Positions 18,956-28,052 of a stretch of 64,000 nt of DNA are shown in pieces (position 1 is the stretch's first letter; the number at the start of each line of letters is the position of its first letter). Below the pieces are notes generated by a model. The model saw only the letters and a list, made by a program, of their open reading frames with translations, ran no database searches and was not told where the DNA came from. A program made the position numbers and the translations under genes. Source of the DNA: Methanocellales archaeon (GTDB lineage Archaea > Halobacteriota > JAWCLZ01); contig JAWCLZ010000005.1 of assembly GCA_038850275.1 (NCBI GenBank), positions 10,084 through 74,083 of the forward strand, given 5' to 3'.

Positions 18956-19801
18956 TCACACTCCTAATTTGGATAAATTATTGAAATAATTCTTTATTAC
19001 TTCTTCATATACCTTAGAATAATTTTCCTCATATCCCAAGCTCGCTATTACACTCACTGGGAATTGCTCTGAAGCACCATATTCAGGCAGCTCAGTTTCA
19101 GCTCTTCGCATTCCAAGTTCACTGCTTACTCCGCGGTAGATCTTGAAATCAACATTCTCCCCCTCGATCTTTGCTATCGATGCCTCGCCCCAGATGTTTG
19201 ACTCGCCGGTATCCTCGCCTGGGATAGATATGCGAGTTCTATTCCCACGGGTTTTATTCAACTGCTTCTCCACTTGATTCACCTGCGTTCCCTCATTATC
19301 TGGAGGTAAGATTTTGCCAATAGTTTCCTCCACAACTTGATCTACGTGGGCAAATGTAAGGGAAATCATAATAAAAGCCATACATACTATTGCAAGCACT
19401 TTTTTGAATATATTTCTAGCTGGGAAGAAAGAGGAATATCTTATTTTATCCATATCCCTTGAAACTTGTTGGCTTAAATCTCTAGCAATTAAACTCTCTA
19501 TACCTATGTTATCATAAGCAGTTTGAAGACGTTCATTGAGCTTGGGATATCTACGAACCACTTCTAAGATAATATCGAATTTAAAATATTTTATTAATCT
19601 AAAAATAAAATATGCAGCTGCAAAGCCTATAGCAAAACGAGCATCCATTTTTAAAAATAATAATATTATGTATACTATCATGAATATTAAAATACTATCT
19701 AAGATTGCCTCATAGGTCTTGAAACCCTTAAAAGCTCTTTTCAGCCGCTTAATCTTAAGATAAACTTCATCCAAGGTTTCGCTCTTATTCACCTTATTCA
19801 T
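18956..19801 (-). CDS. membrane protein of unknown function in the MoxR operon
   Basis: 281 aa with about three TM helices. No recognisable domain. Confidence 0.4.
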   Translation of the reverse strand: MNKVNKSETLDEVYLKIKRLKRAFKGFKTYEAILDSILIFMIVYIILLFLKMDARFAIGFAAAYFIFRLIKYFKFDIILEVVRRYPKLNERLQTAYDNIGIESLIARDLSQQVSRDMDKIRYSSFFPARNIFKKVLAIVCMAFIMISLTFAHVDQVVEETIGKILPPDNEGTQVNQVEKQLNKTRGNRTRISIPGEDTGESNIWGEASIAKIEGENVDFKIYRGVSSELGMRRAETELPEYGASEQFPVSVIASLGYEENYSKVYEEVIKNYFNNLSKLGV

Positions 19802-19809
19802 CTTGCCTC

Positions 19810-20325
19810 CTAAGGCAAAGCTTGCAATTCCATTACTTTTTGCTCCACTGCCTCCATTCTATCCTCTACCCAGTTAATATCAACGCTTAGCGCGTTCTTT
19901 AATGTTTCATTTGCATTTATTTTATTCCTCAGTTCATCAATGGCACTGCGCAAACTCCGCGTGGCGTTATAAAGCTCAGCTATTTTAGCTCTGTAGGTAG
20001 CGAGAGTTTGATTTAAAGCATCGCGCTGAGCCTTGGTTTCCAATAGCTGTTTATCCACTTCAGCTTTCTCCCTCTCTAAACTGGTATATTTAACTCTAAG
20101 CGCCTCGAAGTCCCTCTCTGTTTTATTCAGCTCCCTCTCTGTTTTATTCAGCTCTTGCTCTTTCTCAGCGAGCTCGCTAATCCTAGCTTGAAGCTGCTTT
20201 AAAGTTGCATCATAAGCGCTTGATAAGCCCTTGTAAGTACTTTGATAATATATACTCATCCCAACAATTGCAACTAGCAAGCCTAGAATTATTATCAATA
20301 AAGCATAATTCACGTCTCTCTCCAT
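19810..20325 (-). CDS. N-terminally anchored coiled-coil protein, first gene of the MoxR operon
   Basis: One N-terminal TM (LLIIILGLLVAIVGMSIY), then heptad-rich sequence with a duplicated ELNKTER unit. Confidence 0.5.
   Translation of the reverse strand: MERDVNYALLIIILGLLVAIVGMSIYYQSTYKGLSSAYDATLKQLQARISELAEKEQELNKTERELNKTERDFEALRVKYTSLEREKAEVDKQLLETKAQRDALNQTLATYRAKIAELYNATRSLRSAIDELRNKINANETLKNALSVDINWVEDRMEAVEQKVMELQALP
20112..20153. repeat. perfect in-frame 21-bp x2 tandem duplication inside the coiled-coil gene
   Basis: ccctctctgttttattcagct occurs at 20112-20132 and again at 20133-20153. On the coding strand it encodes ELNKTER twice. Confidence 0.95.
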
Positions 20326-20497
20326 TTAGCCTCCATTTTTAAATTTCTATTCTATTTTATTTATTCCTCCATCCCGCTACTTTTATAAAATTTGTTATCT
20401 AACTATTTAGGATTTACGCAAAAAAGTCTTTTATTTCCTCTTCTTTAATTAATGGAAAAGCCAATATTAATAAGATATTTAATTAAATTGATATGTA

Positions 20498-20722
20498 ATG
20501 AAAGCACTGGAGATCGATCGAGAGGTATATGAATTCATAAAAGCTAGGAAGCGGGATTTTAGAGTTTATGCTGCTTGCGATGGTGCAGTGACTTTGCCCG
20601 TGGATATCAAGCCACTGAAGCAATTGGATTATATAATAAATCAATTTAAAATTAAAATATTAAGAAAAATAGATTCTTCAATGTTTTACTGGGTTAAATT
20701 GTATGATAACTTCTCAATATGA
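20498..20722 (+). CDS. small hypothetical ORF, 74 aa, overlapping the archease start by 4 nt
   Basis: ORF only, with no motif. Its position suggests coupling to archease, but it may be spurious. Confidence 0.25.
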   Translation: MKALEIDREVYEFIKARKRDFRVYAACDGAVTLPVDIKPLKQLDYIINQFKIKILRKIDSSMFYWVKLYDNFSI

Positions 20723-21153
20723 TGGAGAAAAAATTTGAATATCTGGAGCATACAGCTGATGTGAAATTCAAAGCATATGGCAATTGCTTAGAAGAGGCCT
20801 TTGCAAATGCTGCTTTTGCCATGTTCAATGCAATGATCGATCTCAACGAGATTTCATTCAACCGGGAAATTGCAATTAATCTCGAGGCAGAGAGCTTAGA
20901 AGACCTGCTCTATGACTGGCTCTCTGAGTTGCTTTATCAATTCGATGCTAATTATATAATATTTGGGGGATTTGAGGTTGATAAAATCATTGAAAGAGAT
21001 GGTAAATTTTTAATAGAAGGAAGAGCATTTGGAGAGCAAATCGATCTAAAAAAGCATAAATTTCATCTACAGGTGAAAGCAGTTACCTTTCACGATATGC
21101 AGATCAAAAAAGTCAATGATTGCTATACTATACAGGTTTTATTGGATACATAA
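20719..21153 (+). CDS. archease (RtcB ligase cofactor)
   Basis: 144 aa. The N-terminal FEYLEHTADVKFKAYG is the archease signature. It lies directly upstream of rtcB. Confidence 0.85.
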   Translation: MMEKKFEYLEHTADVKFKAYGNCLEEAFANAAFAMFNAMIDLNEISFNREIAINLEAESLEDLLYDWLSELLYQFDANYIIFGGFEVDKIIERDGKFLIEGRAFGEQIDLKKHKFHLQVKAVTFHDMQIKKVNDCYTIQVLLDT

Positions 21154-21165
21154 GGAGGTAAGAAG

Positions 21166-22605
21166 ATGGTAATTGAAGGCCTTAGGAAAATTGGAGATTT
21201 AATCTGGGAAGTCCCTTCCAATTATAAACCAGGGATGCGAGTGCCTGCTCGCATATTTATGTCAGAGAAGTTGATAAATGAGATCGAGAGGGAAGCGGTT
21301 ATTCAAGCCATAAATGTTGCTACTTTACCAGGAATTCAAAAATATTCCATAGCAATGCCAGAGGCACACGTTGGTTATGGTTTCCCAATTGGAGGAGTAG
21401 CAGCATTTGATTTAAATGAAGGCATCGTTTCCCCAGGTGGAGTGGGGTATGATATAAACTGTGGGGTTAGACTGCTCACCACGAATTTGAAATTTAAAGA
21501 TGTCAAGGGCAAGATTCAAGAGTTGATCGCAGCTCTATATGATGCTGTGCCATGTGGTGTTGGCTCAAAGAGCGAGCTTAGAATTTACGGCAAAGAGCTT
21601 GATGAAGTTTTTGTAAAGGGTGCTAAATGGGCGGTGGAGAAGGGCTATGGATCAAAAGCTGATTTAGAAAACTGCGAGGAACACGGTGAGATGAAGGGAG
21701 CCAATCCAGCTAAAGTAAGCGATAAGGCAAAGCAGCGAGGTGCGCCTCAACTTGGCACGCTTGGGAGTGGTAATCATTTCTTAGAAGTACAAGTTGTTAA
21801 AGAAATTTATAACCCAGAGGTGGCGAAGGTTTTTGGACTGGAGAAGGACCAAATCACTGTGAAAATTCACTCTGGCTCCCGAGGAGCTGGTCATCAAATC
21901 TGCACTGATTATCTCAGGATACTTGAAAGAGCAACAGTGAAATATGGAATTAAACTCCCTGATAAACAACTTGCCTGCGCGCCAATTAACTCGCAGGAGG
22001 GTAAAGACTATCTAGCAGCTATGGCAGCAGCGGCAAACTATGCTTGGGCAAATAGACAGATGATGACCCACTGGGTACGGGGAGTTTTCAAAAAGCTATT
22101 TGGCGTAAGCGAGGAGGAAATGCCCCTTCTATATGATGTAGCGCATAATGTGGCAAAGCTTGAGGAGCACGTTGTTAATGGCGAGAGAAAAAAAGTTTAT
22201 GTGCATAGAAAAGGGGCTACTCGTGCATTTGGACCTAAGCATGAAGACGTCCCAGCTAAATATCGCTCAGTAGGACAGCCTGTTTTAATTCCCGGGAGCA
22301 TGGGTACTTCTTCCTATGTGCTTCACGGTACTGAAGAAGCAATGAAACTCACCTTCGGCAGCACTTGCCATGGAGCTGGACGAACCATGAGTAGAACCTC
22401 TGGCTTGAAGGAATTCAAGGGAGCTGAAGTGAAAAAGCGACTTGCTGAGCAAGGTATAATTGTAATGGCACCTAGCTATGAATCCATAGCGGAGGAAGCA
22501 CCAGAGGTTTATAAATCAGTGGATGAAGTCGTGGACGTGGTTCATAAAGTGGGTATCTCAAGAAAGGTTGCCAAGCTCGTGCCACTTGGCGTTACAAAGG
22601 GCTGA
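21166..22605 (+). CDS. rtcB: RtcB RNA ligase (tRNA-splicing ligase)
   Basis: 479 aa. GYDINCGVRL, SGNHFLEVQ and the C-terminal HRKGATRAF are hallmark metal- and GTP-binding motifs. Confidence 0.9.
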   Translation: MVIEGLRKIGDLIWEVPSNYKPGMRVPARIFMSEKLINEIEREAVIQAINVATLPGIQKYSIAMPEAHVGYGFPIGGVAAFDLNEGIVSPGGVGYDINCGVRLLTTNLKFKDVKGKIQELIAALYDAVPCGVGSKSELRIYGKELDEVFVKGAKWAVEKGYGSKADLENCEEHGEMKGANPAKVSDKAKQRGAPQLGTLGSGNHFLEVQVVKEIYNPEVAKVFGLEKDQITVKIHSGSRGAGHQICTDYLRILERATVKYGIKLPDKQLACAPINSQEGKDYLAAMAAAANYAWANRQMMTHWVRGVFKKLFGVSEEEMPLLYDVAHNVAKLEEHVVNGERKKVYVHRKGATRAFGPKHEDVPAKYRSVGQPVLIPGSMGTSSYVLHGTEEAMKLTFGSTCHGAGRTMSRTSGLKEFKGAEVKKRLAEQGIIVMAPSYESIAEEAPEVYKSVDEVVDVVHKVGISRKVAKLVPLGVTKG

Positions 22606-22695
22606 TTCAAGGCTCAATAGGGCAATCAAGAGCTGATCAATTTCGAAAGAGATATTAAGAATTAAAGCATAGCCTAGAAAAACAGGGGAAGCTGA

Positions 22696-23688
22696 ATGAA
22701 GGTAGAGGTAAAGGTTGCTAAATTTGATGAAAGAATAGTTTACCGGCGCGACTCGATTTTCGACTCAAGAGAGCTCACCTTTTATCCAGATAAATGCATG
22801 AAATGCGGAGAATGCTCAAGAGCATGCCCCCACGATGCAATGCTCTATAGCCCAATAGGTGCAAAGGAGGCAGTATCAATTGATTTAAATAAATGTGTCT
22901 TCTGTAAAACATGCTCCTCAGTTTGCCCATATAACGCTCTAGAACTCGCGGTAAATGCACTTCCAACTGCTTCAACCATTAAAGGCTTGCTTCAAATCGA
23001 TACCTCTAAGTGCCCGAAGGACTGCGTTAAATGCATAGAAGCGTGCCCTAGAGAGGCATTGAAGATGGTGAATGGAAAGCTAGTGGTGGATGAAAAGCTC
23101 TGCGGTTACTGCGGTATTTGCAAGGATGCATGTCCTGAGAAAACCATAAAGGTTTATAAAGCAATCGAGGGCGAGATTGTCGTAGATCTAGAGAAATGCG
23201 ATGGGTGCGGTAACTGCGTGAGATCATGCCCATATAAAATAATAACTCATCCTGAAGCCACTAAACCATTTGAAATTCCTGAGAATATCAAAATTGAAAG
23301 CAAATATTGCGTTTTCTGCGGAACTTGCACCACCGTTTGCCCGAATAATGCTATAACGCTTAAGAAGAAGCCTGCATTGGGAATACCTGGACCGTGGAAT
23401 AAAGCTCTTGAGAGGGCGCAGAGGGAAAAAGTTACATTGGTTCGAACCATTAATATAGCTGAAGATATCTGCGTTGGATGTGGTGATTGCGCAGTGATTT
23501 GTCCATTGAACAAGCTTGAGAAGCAAACCTATGAAGTGATAAATGGAACCTCGGTAAATCTAGGGCTTGAGGAGTGCAATGGCTGTGGATTATGTGCAAA
23601 AGTATGTCCAGTTAGCGCAGTTGCAATAGAGGGGCCTAAGATTTCTAAGGTTAGAATGTATAGAATAGTGAAGCCAGTAAAGGCATGA
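22696..23688 (+). CDS. polyferredoxin with eight [4Fe-4S]-type Cys motifs
   Basis: Eight CxxCxxCxxxCP motifs: CMKCGECSRACP, CVFCKTCSSVCP, CPKDCVKCIEACP, CGYCGICKDACP, CDGCGNCVRSCP, CVFCGTCTTVCP, CVGCGDCAVICP, CNGCGLCAKVCP. Confidence 0.8.
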   Translation: MKVEVKVAKFDERIVYRRDSIFDSRELTFYPDKCMKCGECSRACPHDAMLYSPIGAKEAVSIDLNKCVFCKTCSSVCPYNALELAVNALPTASTIKGLLQIDTSKCPKDCVKCIEACPREALKMVNGKLVVDEKLCGYCGICKDACPEKTIKVYKAIEGEIVVDLEKCDGCGNCVRSCPYKIITHPEATKPFEIPENIKIESKYCVFCGTCTTVCPNNAITLKKKPALGIPGPWNKALERAQREKVTLVRTINIAEDICVGCGDCAVICPLNKLEKQTYEVINGTSVNLGLEECNGCGLCAKVCPVSAVAIEGPKISKVRMYRIVKPVKA

Positions 23689-23971
23689 ATCCCTCTTGAA
23701 GGAGGGAGGTCAAGTTATATAAATTACATAGCAATTCTTGACCAGCTAATGCGAGAAAAAACAGCTGCTTTTGAAACCTATGATAAGCCTTTGCGAGGAG
23801 AAACTGCAGTTCAAGTTCAGATTCAAAGTTCTCCACCATTTCCAATTCAACTAATTCTTTAAGTAAAATAACCCTTCCTCCCTCCACTAAAACAGGCATG
23901 TTTCCATGCTTCTCCAAGAGCTCTGATTTAGAAATTGGAAATCTTATTCCCGCTAAATTGAATTTACGCAT
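23651..23971 (-). other. possible decayed or short ORF in the rtcB-leuS intergenic region
   Basis: The N-terminal ~45 codons (MRKFNLAGIRFPISKSELLEKHGNMPVLVEGGRVIL) look protein-like. The remainder is low-complexity and overlaps the polyferredoxin 3' end. Confidence 0.2.
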
Positions 23972-24048
23972 TTCAGCTCGAAATCAGCAAATTGGAATAT
24001 AAATATTTCGCTAGTTTTCGCTTGTCTTGCTCAACAAAATCCTTATTT

Positions 24049-24096
24049 AATATCACAAGTAAACTTAAAGGGAATATCACAAGTAAACATAAAGGG
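24049..24096. repeat. 24-bp x2 direct tandem repeat (one mismatch) immediately upstream of leuS
   Basis: aatatcacaagtaaacttaaaggg occurs at 24049-24072 and aatatcacaagtaaacataaaggg at 24073-24096. The second copy ends in gggag, an SD-like sequence 8 bp before the start codon. Confidence 0.9.
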
Positions 24097-24104
24097 AGAT
24101 TTAA

Positions 24105-26915
24105 TTGTATAGCGCGAGAGAAATCGAGGCCAAGTGGCAGCGGAAATGGGAGGAGGAGAGGATCTTCGAAGCAGACCCAAGTAACAAGCCCAAGTTTTTC
24201 GTTAACTTCCCCTATCCCTATATGAATGGCTATCTCCATCTTGGGCATGCTTTCAGCTTAATGAGGGTTGAGGTATTTGCACGCTATAAGCGCATGCAAG
24301 GTTACAACGTATTATTTCCATTCGCCTTCCATTGCACGGGTACGCCAATTGTGGCAGCGGCTCAGAGAATTGCTGAGAATGAAGAGAAGCAAATTGAGAT
24401 AATGAGGGGAATGGGTATACCTGAGAGTGAAATTCCCAAATTCGCTGATCCTGTTTACTGGTGCAAGTTCTTCCCCAGTGAGACCATCAAGGATTTGAAA
24501 GCCATGGGAATGAGCATTGACTGGAGAAGGAGCTTCATCACCACTTCTTTAAATCCCTTCTATGATAAATTCATAAAATGGCAATTTAACAAGCTCAAAG
24601 AGGGAGGGTATATTTCCATTGGAGAGCACCCAGTGGTATGGTGTCCAAAATGTAGAAATCCAGTGGGAGATCACGCGAGGCTTGAAGGCGAAGGAGTTAC
24701 TCCTGAGGAGATTTATTTAATTAAATTTGAATTAAATGGCAAAATTTTACCAACCGCGACCTATCGTCCTGAAACTGCTTATGGGGTGACGAATCTCTGG
24801 GTGCTAAGCGATGCAGATTACTTTGAAGCAAGAGTGGATGAGGAAATTTGGATTGCCTCTCGAGAAGCACTTGAGAAGCTCAAGGAGCAGAAACATCAAG
24901 TTGAGATCACTGGGAGTTTGAAGGGGAGTGAGCTCGTTGGCAAGCTATGTTTGAATAGAGTAACAGGTGCTAAAATACCAATTTTACCAGCAAGCTTCAT
25001 TGAGCTGAAAACAGGCACTGGAATTGTGATGTCAGTTCCCTCGCATGCTCCCTATGATTATGCAGCGCTTAAAGAGATTAAGTCCAATCCTGAAAAATTT
25101 GGAGTAAACCGAGAAATGGTGAGGGAGATAAAGCCTATTTCTTTGATCGCAATCGATGGATTTGGGGAGCATCCAGCTGTGGAGATTGTTGAGGCAATTG
25201 GCATCGAGAGTCAAAGTGATACAAGGCTTGAGGAAGTAACGAGGGAGATATATAGAAAAGAGTATCACACTGGTTTGCTTAAAGCTAACACTGGAAAATA
25301 CGCTGGTAAAAAAGTTTTTGAAGCTAAATCTGAAATAATTAAGGATTTTATAGCTGAAAATAAAGCTGCTGTTTTCTATGAATTGCCTGAGAGAGTTATA
25401 TGCAGATGCTTGACTGAGTGCATTGTAAAAATAGTCTCAGATCAATGGTTTTTGAATTATGAAGATATTAATTGGAAGGCAAAGGCACGGGAAGTGCTAA
25501 GTAAAATGACCTTCTATCCTGAAAAGGCAAGGTCGCAGTTTGAATATGTCATAGACTGGCTTAAAGCTTGGGCTTGCACTCGAGAACTGGGCTTAGGCAC
25601 AGTTTTGCCTTGGGATGATAAATGGGTAATTGAATCATTGTCTGATTCAACGATTTACATGGCATATTATACTATTGCAAAGTACTTGGAGAATTCAAAA
25701 TATGGGATAAAAGCAGAGAACATAGATGATGCATTTTTCGACTACGTATTCCTAAGTAAAGGTGATAGAGAGAAAGTAGCGAAGCAAGCAGGCATAGATC
25801 CAGAGCTCCTCGATGCTATCAAGCAAGAATTTGAATATTGGTATCCATTTGACTTTCGAAATTCAGGTAAAGACCTCGTGCAGAATCACCTTGCATTTTG
25901 CATCTTCAACCACGCTGCGATCTTCCCAGAGAAATACTGGCCACGTGCTTTCGGAGTAAACGGCTGGGTGCAGGTAGATGGAGAGAAGATGAGCAAGTCC
26001 AAAGGCAATTTCTTCACCCTGAGGCAGATTTATGAGAGATTTGGCGCTGATGTCACTAGATTCACTTTAATGTATGCTGGAGAGGGACTTGATGATCCAA
26101 ATTGGGAAACTGAATTTGCAAAAACAGTTGGTGCCAAGCTAGAGCAGTGGTATAGATTCGCAATTGAGAATTATGGAAAAGGTAGAAAGGAGAGAAAGTT
26201 TATAGATGACTGGTTCGACTCAAAGGTTCATCGCACTTTGAAAGAAGTGAGAGAAGCAATGGAGAGAACTGAGTTCAGAACTGCTCTGCAGAAGGGCTAC
26301 TTCGACATGCAAAATTACCTGCGATGGTATGCACGTAGGGCTCAAGAGTTTAACGCTAGCTCCATATCCAGTTTTATTGAAATCCAAACTTTGATTCTAG
26401 CGCCATTTGTACCGCATATTTGTGAGGAGATCTGGGAGAGAATAGGCAAGAAAGGATATGTATCCCTCGCTGCTTATCCAGAATACGATCCCTCTAAGAT
26501 AAATGAGCGCGTGGAGAAGGCAGAGGAATTCCTCAAGAGTTTGATCGAGGACATCCAAGAGATTTTGAGGGTTGCTAAGATTGAGAATCCAAAGGTGGCA
26601 TATATTTACACAGCCGAGGAGTGGAAGTGGAAGGCATTAAAAATTGCCTCCGGGAAGAGCATGGGAGAGGCGATGAAGGAGCTCATGAAGTACGAGGAAA
26701 TGCGCAAGCTTGGAAAAGAAGTTGCTAAATTCATTCAAAAGATAACCAGTGAGAAAACTACGATTGAGGAGATCCCGGAGGAGGAGATCTTGCTTGAGGC
26801 CAAAGATTTTATAGCTCGAGAGACCCAGCTTGAGATTGAGATCAATCCATCTTATGATCCTGAGAATAAACGCAGATTGGCATTTCCATTGAGACCAGCA
26901 ATTTACATAAAATAG
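24105..26915 (+). CDS. leuS: leucyl-tRNA synthetase (archaeal/eukaryal type)
   Basis: 936 aa. HIGH-type motif PYMNGYLHLGHAF and KMSKS motif EKMSKSKGN. It appears to start at TTG (24105), preceded by an in-frame TAA. Confidence 0.9.
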   Translation: MYSAREIEAKWQRKWEEERIFEADPSNKPKFFVNFPYPYMNGYLHLGHAFSLMRVEVFARYKRMQGYNVLFPFAFHCTGTPIVAAAQRIAENEEKQIEIMRGMGIPESEIPKFADPVYWCKFFPSETIKDLKAMGMSIDWRRSFITTSLNPFYDKFIKWQFNKLKEGGYISIGEHPVVWCPKCRNPVGDHARLEGEGVTPEEIYLIKFELNGKILPTATYRPETAYGVTNLWVLSDADYFEARVDEEIWIASREALEKLKEQKHQVEITGSLKGSELVGKLCLNRVTGAKIPILPASFIELKTGTGIVMSVPSHAPYDYAALKEIKSNPEKFGVNREMVREIKPISLIAIDGFGEHPAVEIVEAIGIESQSDTRLEEVTREIYRKEYHTGLLKANTGKYAGKKVFEAKSEIIKDFIAENKAAVFYELPERVICRCLTECIVKIVSDQWFLNYEDINWKAKAREVLSKMTFYPEKARSQFEYVIDWLKAWACTRELGLGTVLPWDDKWVIESLSDSTIYMAYYTIAKYLENSKYGIKAENIDDAFFDYVFLSKGDREKVAKQAGIDPELLDAIKQEFEYWYPFDFRNSGKDLVQNHLAFCIFNHAAIFPEKYWPRAFGVNGWVQVDGEKMSKSKGNFFTLRQIYERFGADVTRFTLMYAGEGLDDPNWETEFAKTVGAKLEQWYRFAIENYGKGRKERKFIDDWFDSKVHRTLKEVREAMERTEFRTALQKGYFDMQNYLRWYARRAQEFNASSISSFIEIQTLILAPFVPHICEEIWERIGKKGYVSLAAYPEYDPSKINERVEKAEEFLKSLIEDIQEILRVAKIENPKVAYIYTAEEWKWKALKIASGKSMGEAMKELMKYEEMRKLGKEVAKFIQKITSEKTTIEEIPEEEILLEAKDFIARETQLEIEINPSYDPENKRRLAFPLRPAIYIK

Positions 26916-26926
26916 AATTATTTAAA

Positions 26927-27541
26927 ATGCTTGAACAAAAACTTGCTTGGGAACAAGAACATATTAAAGCAAATTGGAGAGGCCCTTTTTCAATCCAGCC
27001 CATATTAAAATACCTTGACCGCGATAGATATATACTAGATGCTGGCTGCGGTAGAGGCAGATATCTTTACCCTCTAGCTAGAAGGGGGTATAAGATAATT
27101 GGATGTGATTTTGCATTTTCAGCTTTAAAAGAGCTGAAGCAAAGAGGTATGGAAATAGCAGCTTGTGAAATTTCCAAGCTGCCATTCAAAAGCAATATAT
27201 TTCAAGCTGTGCTTTGCTATGGTGTGCTTCAGCATTTACTTAAAAAGGGGAGAGAGCTAGCCATTGCTGAAATACATAGAGTTATCAAGCCAGGAGGAAG
27301 GCTATTTCTAGAGGTCTTAGGAAGAGAGGATATGAGATATGGCAAGGGCGAGATGGTCGAGAAAGATACCTTTCAGAGGAAAAGCGGCTTAATCTATCAC
27401 TACTTCTCCTCGCAGGAACTAATAGAACTTCTCAGAGATTTTGAAATCATTCAAATTGAAGATAAAAAGATTGAAAAAACATTCAAAGGCGAGAAATACA
27501 CTAGACATTTTATCTTCGTAATTGCCTCCTTGCCTCAATAG
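26927..27541 (+). CDS. class I SAM-dependent methyltransferase
   Basis: Motif I ILDAGCGRGRY plus post-I acidic residue and motif II pattern. 204 aa. Confidence 0.7.
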   Translation: MLEQKLAWEQEHIKANWRGPFSIQPILKYLDRDRYILDAGCGRGRYLYPLARRGYKIIGCDFAFSALKELKQRGMEIAACEISKLPFKSNIFQAVLCYGVLQHLLKKGRELAIAEIHRVIKPGGRLFLEVLGREDMRYGKGEMVEKDTFQRKSGLIYHYFSSQELIELLRDFEIIQIEDKKIEKTFKGEKYTRHFIFVIASLPQ

Positions 27542-28052
27542 CTTTTAGCAGCTCAGCCAACTCAGGAATCTTGACCTCTGCTCTTGCTGTATCCCAGAAG
27601 GACTCAAAGTTCAAATTTGAATATATTTCCTCATAAATAAGAGCTTGAAATGCCATCTCAAGTTTATCAAGCTGTTTCAAAAACAATGCTTCTTGAGAAG
27701 CTAGAGATTGATATTCCATCCAGATATCGAGAAACTCGACATCGCTTAACAAGAGCAATAGAGCTTCAGTAGATCTTCGCTCTTGCAAGCGTTTTTCCTC
27801 AGCTTTATCATCATAGGGGGTTATATCTCCAGTTTCTATTTCGCCAAGGTCGTGTAAAATAGCCATCTTCATCAGCTTCTCGCAATTTAAGTTAAATTTC
27901 TTGCCTAGAACCATGGCTAAAAGCACTAGGAAGAAGCTATGCTCAGCCACACTCTCAGGCTCCTCCACGCCAACTCTAACCCAGCCCATTCTATTGATTT
28001 CTTTTAGCTTCATGGCTCTTAGGAAGAAATCGATGAGATCTTGCATCTTCAT
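27510..28052 (-). CDS. HD-domain phosphohydrolase (YfbR-like)
   Basis: The ESVAEHSF ... ILHDLGEIETGD motifs are the H..HD..D metal-binding set. Its 4-nt overlap with cobY suggests an operon. Confidence 0.7.
   Translation of the reverse strand: MKMQDLIDFFLRAMKLKEINRMGWVRVGVEEPESVAEHSFFLVLLAMVLGKKFNLNCEKLMKMAILHDLGEIETGDITPYDDKAEEKRLQERRSTEALLLLLSDVEFLDIWMEYQSLASQEALFLKQLDKLEMAFQALIYEEIYSNLNFESFWDTARAEVKIPELAELLKAIEARRQLRR

Noticed and set aside
23973-24248. ORFs 23973-24248 (-) and 23992-24225 (+) at the leuS 5' end
   Set aside because: Both overlap the leuS start region and leader repeats. They have no motifs and a composition driven by the A-rich leader.
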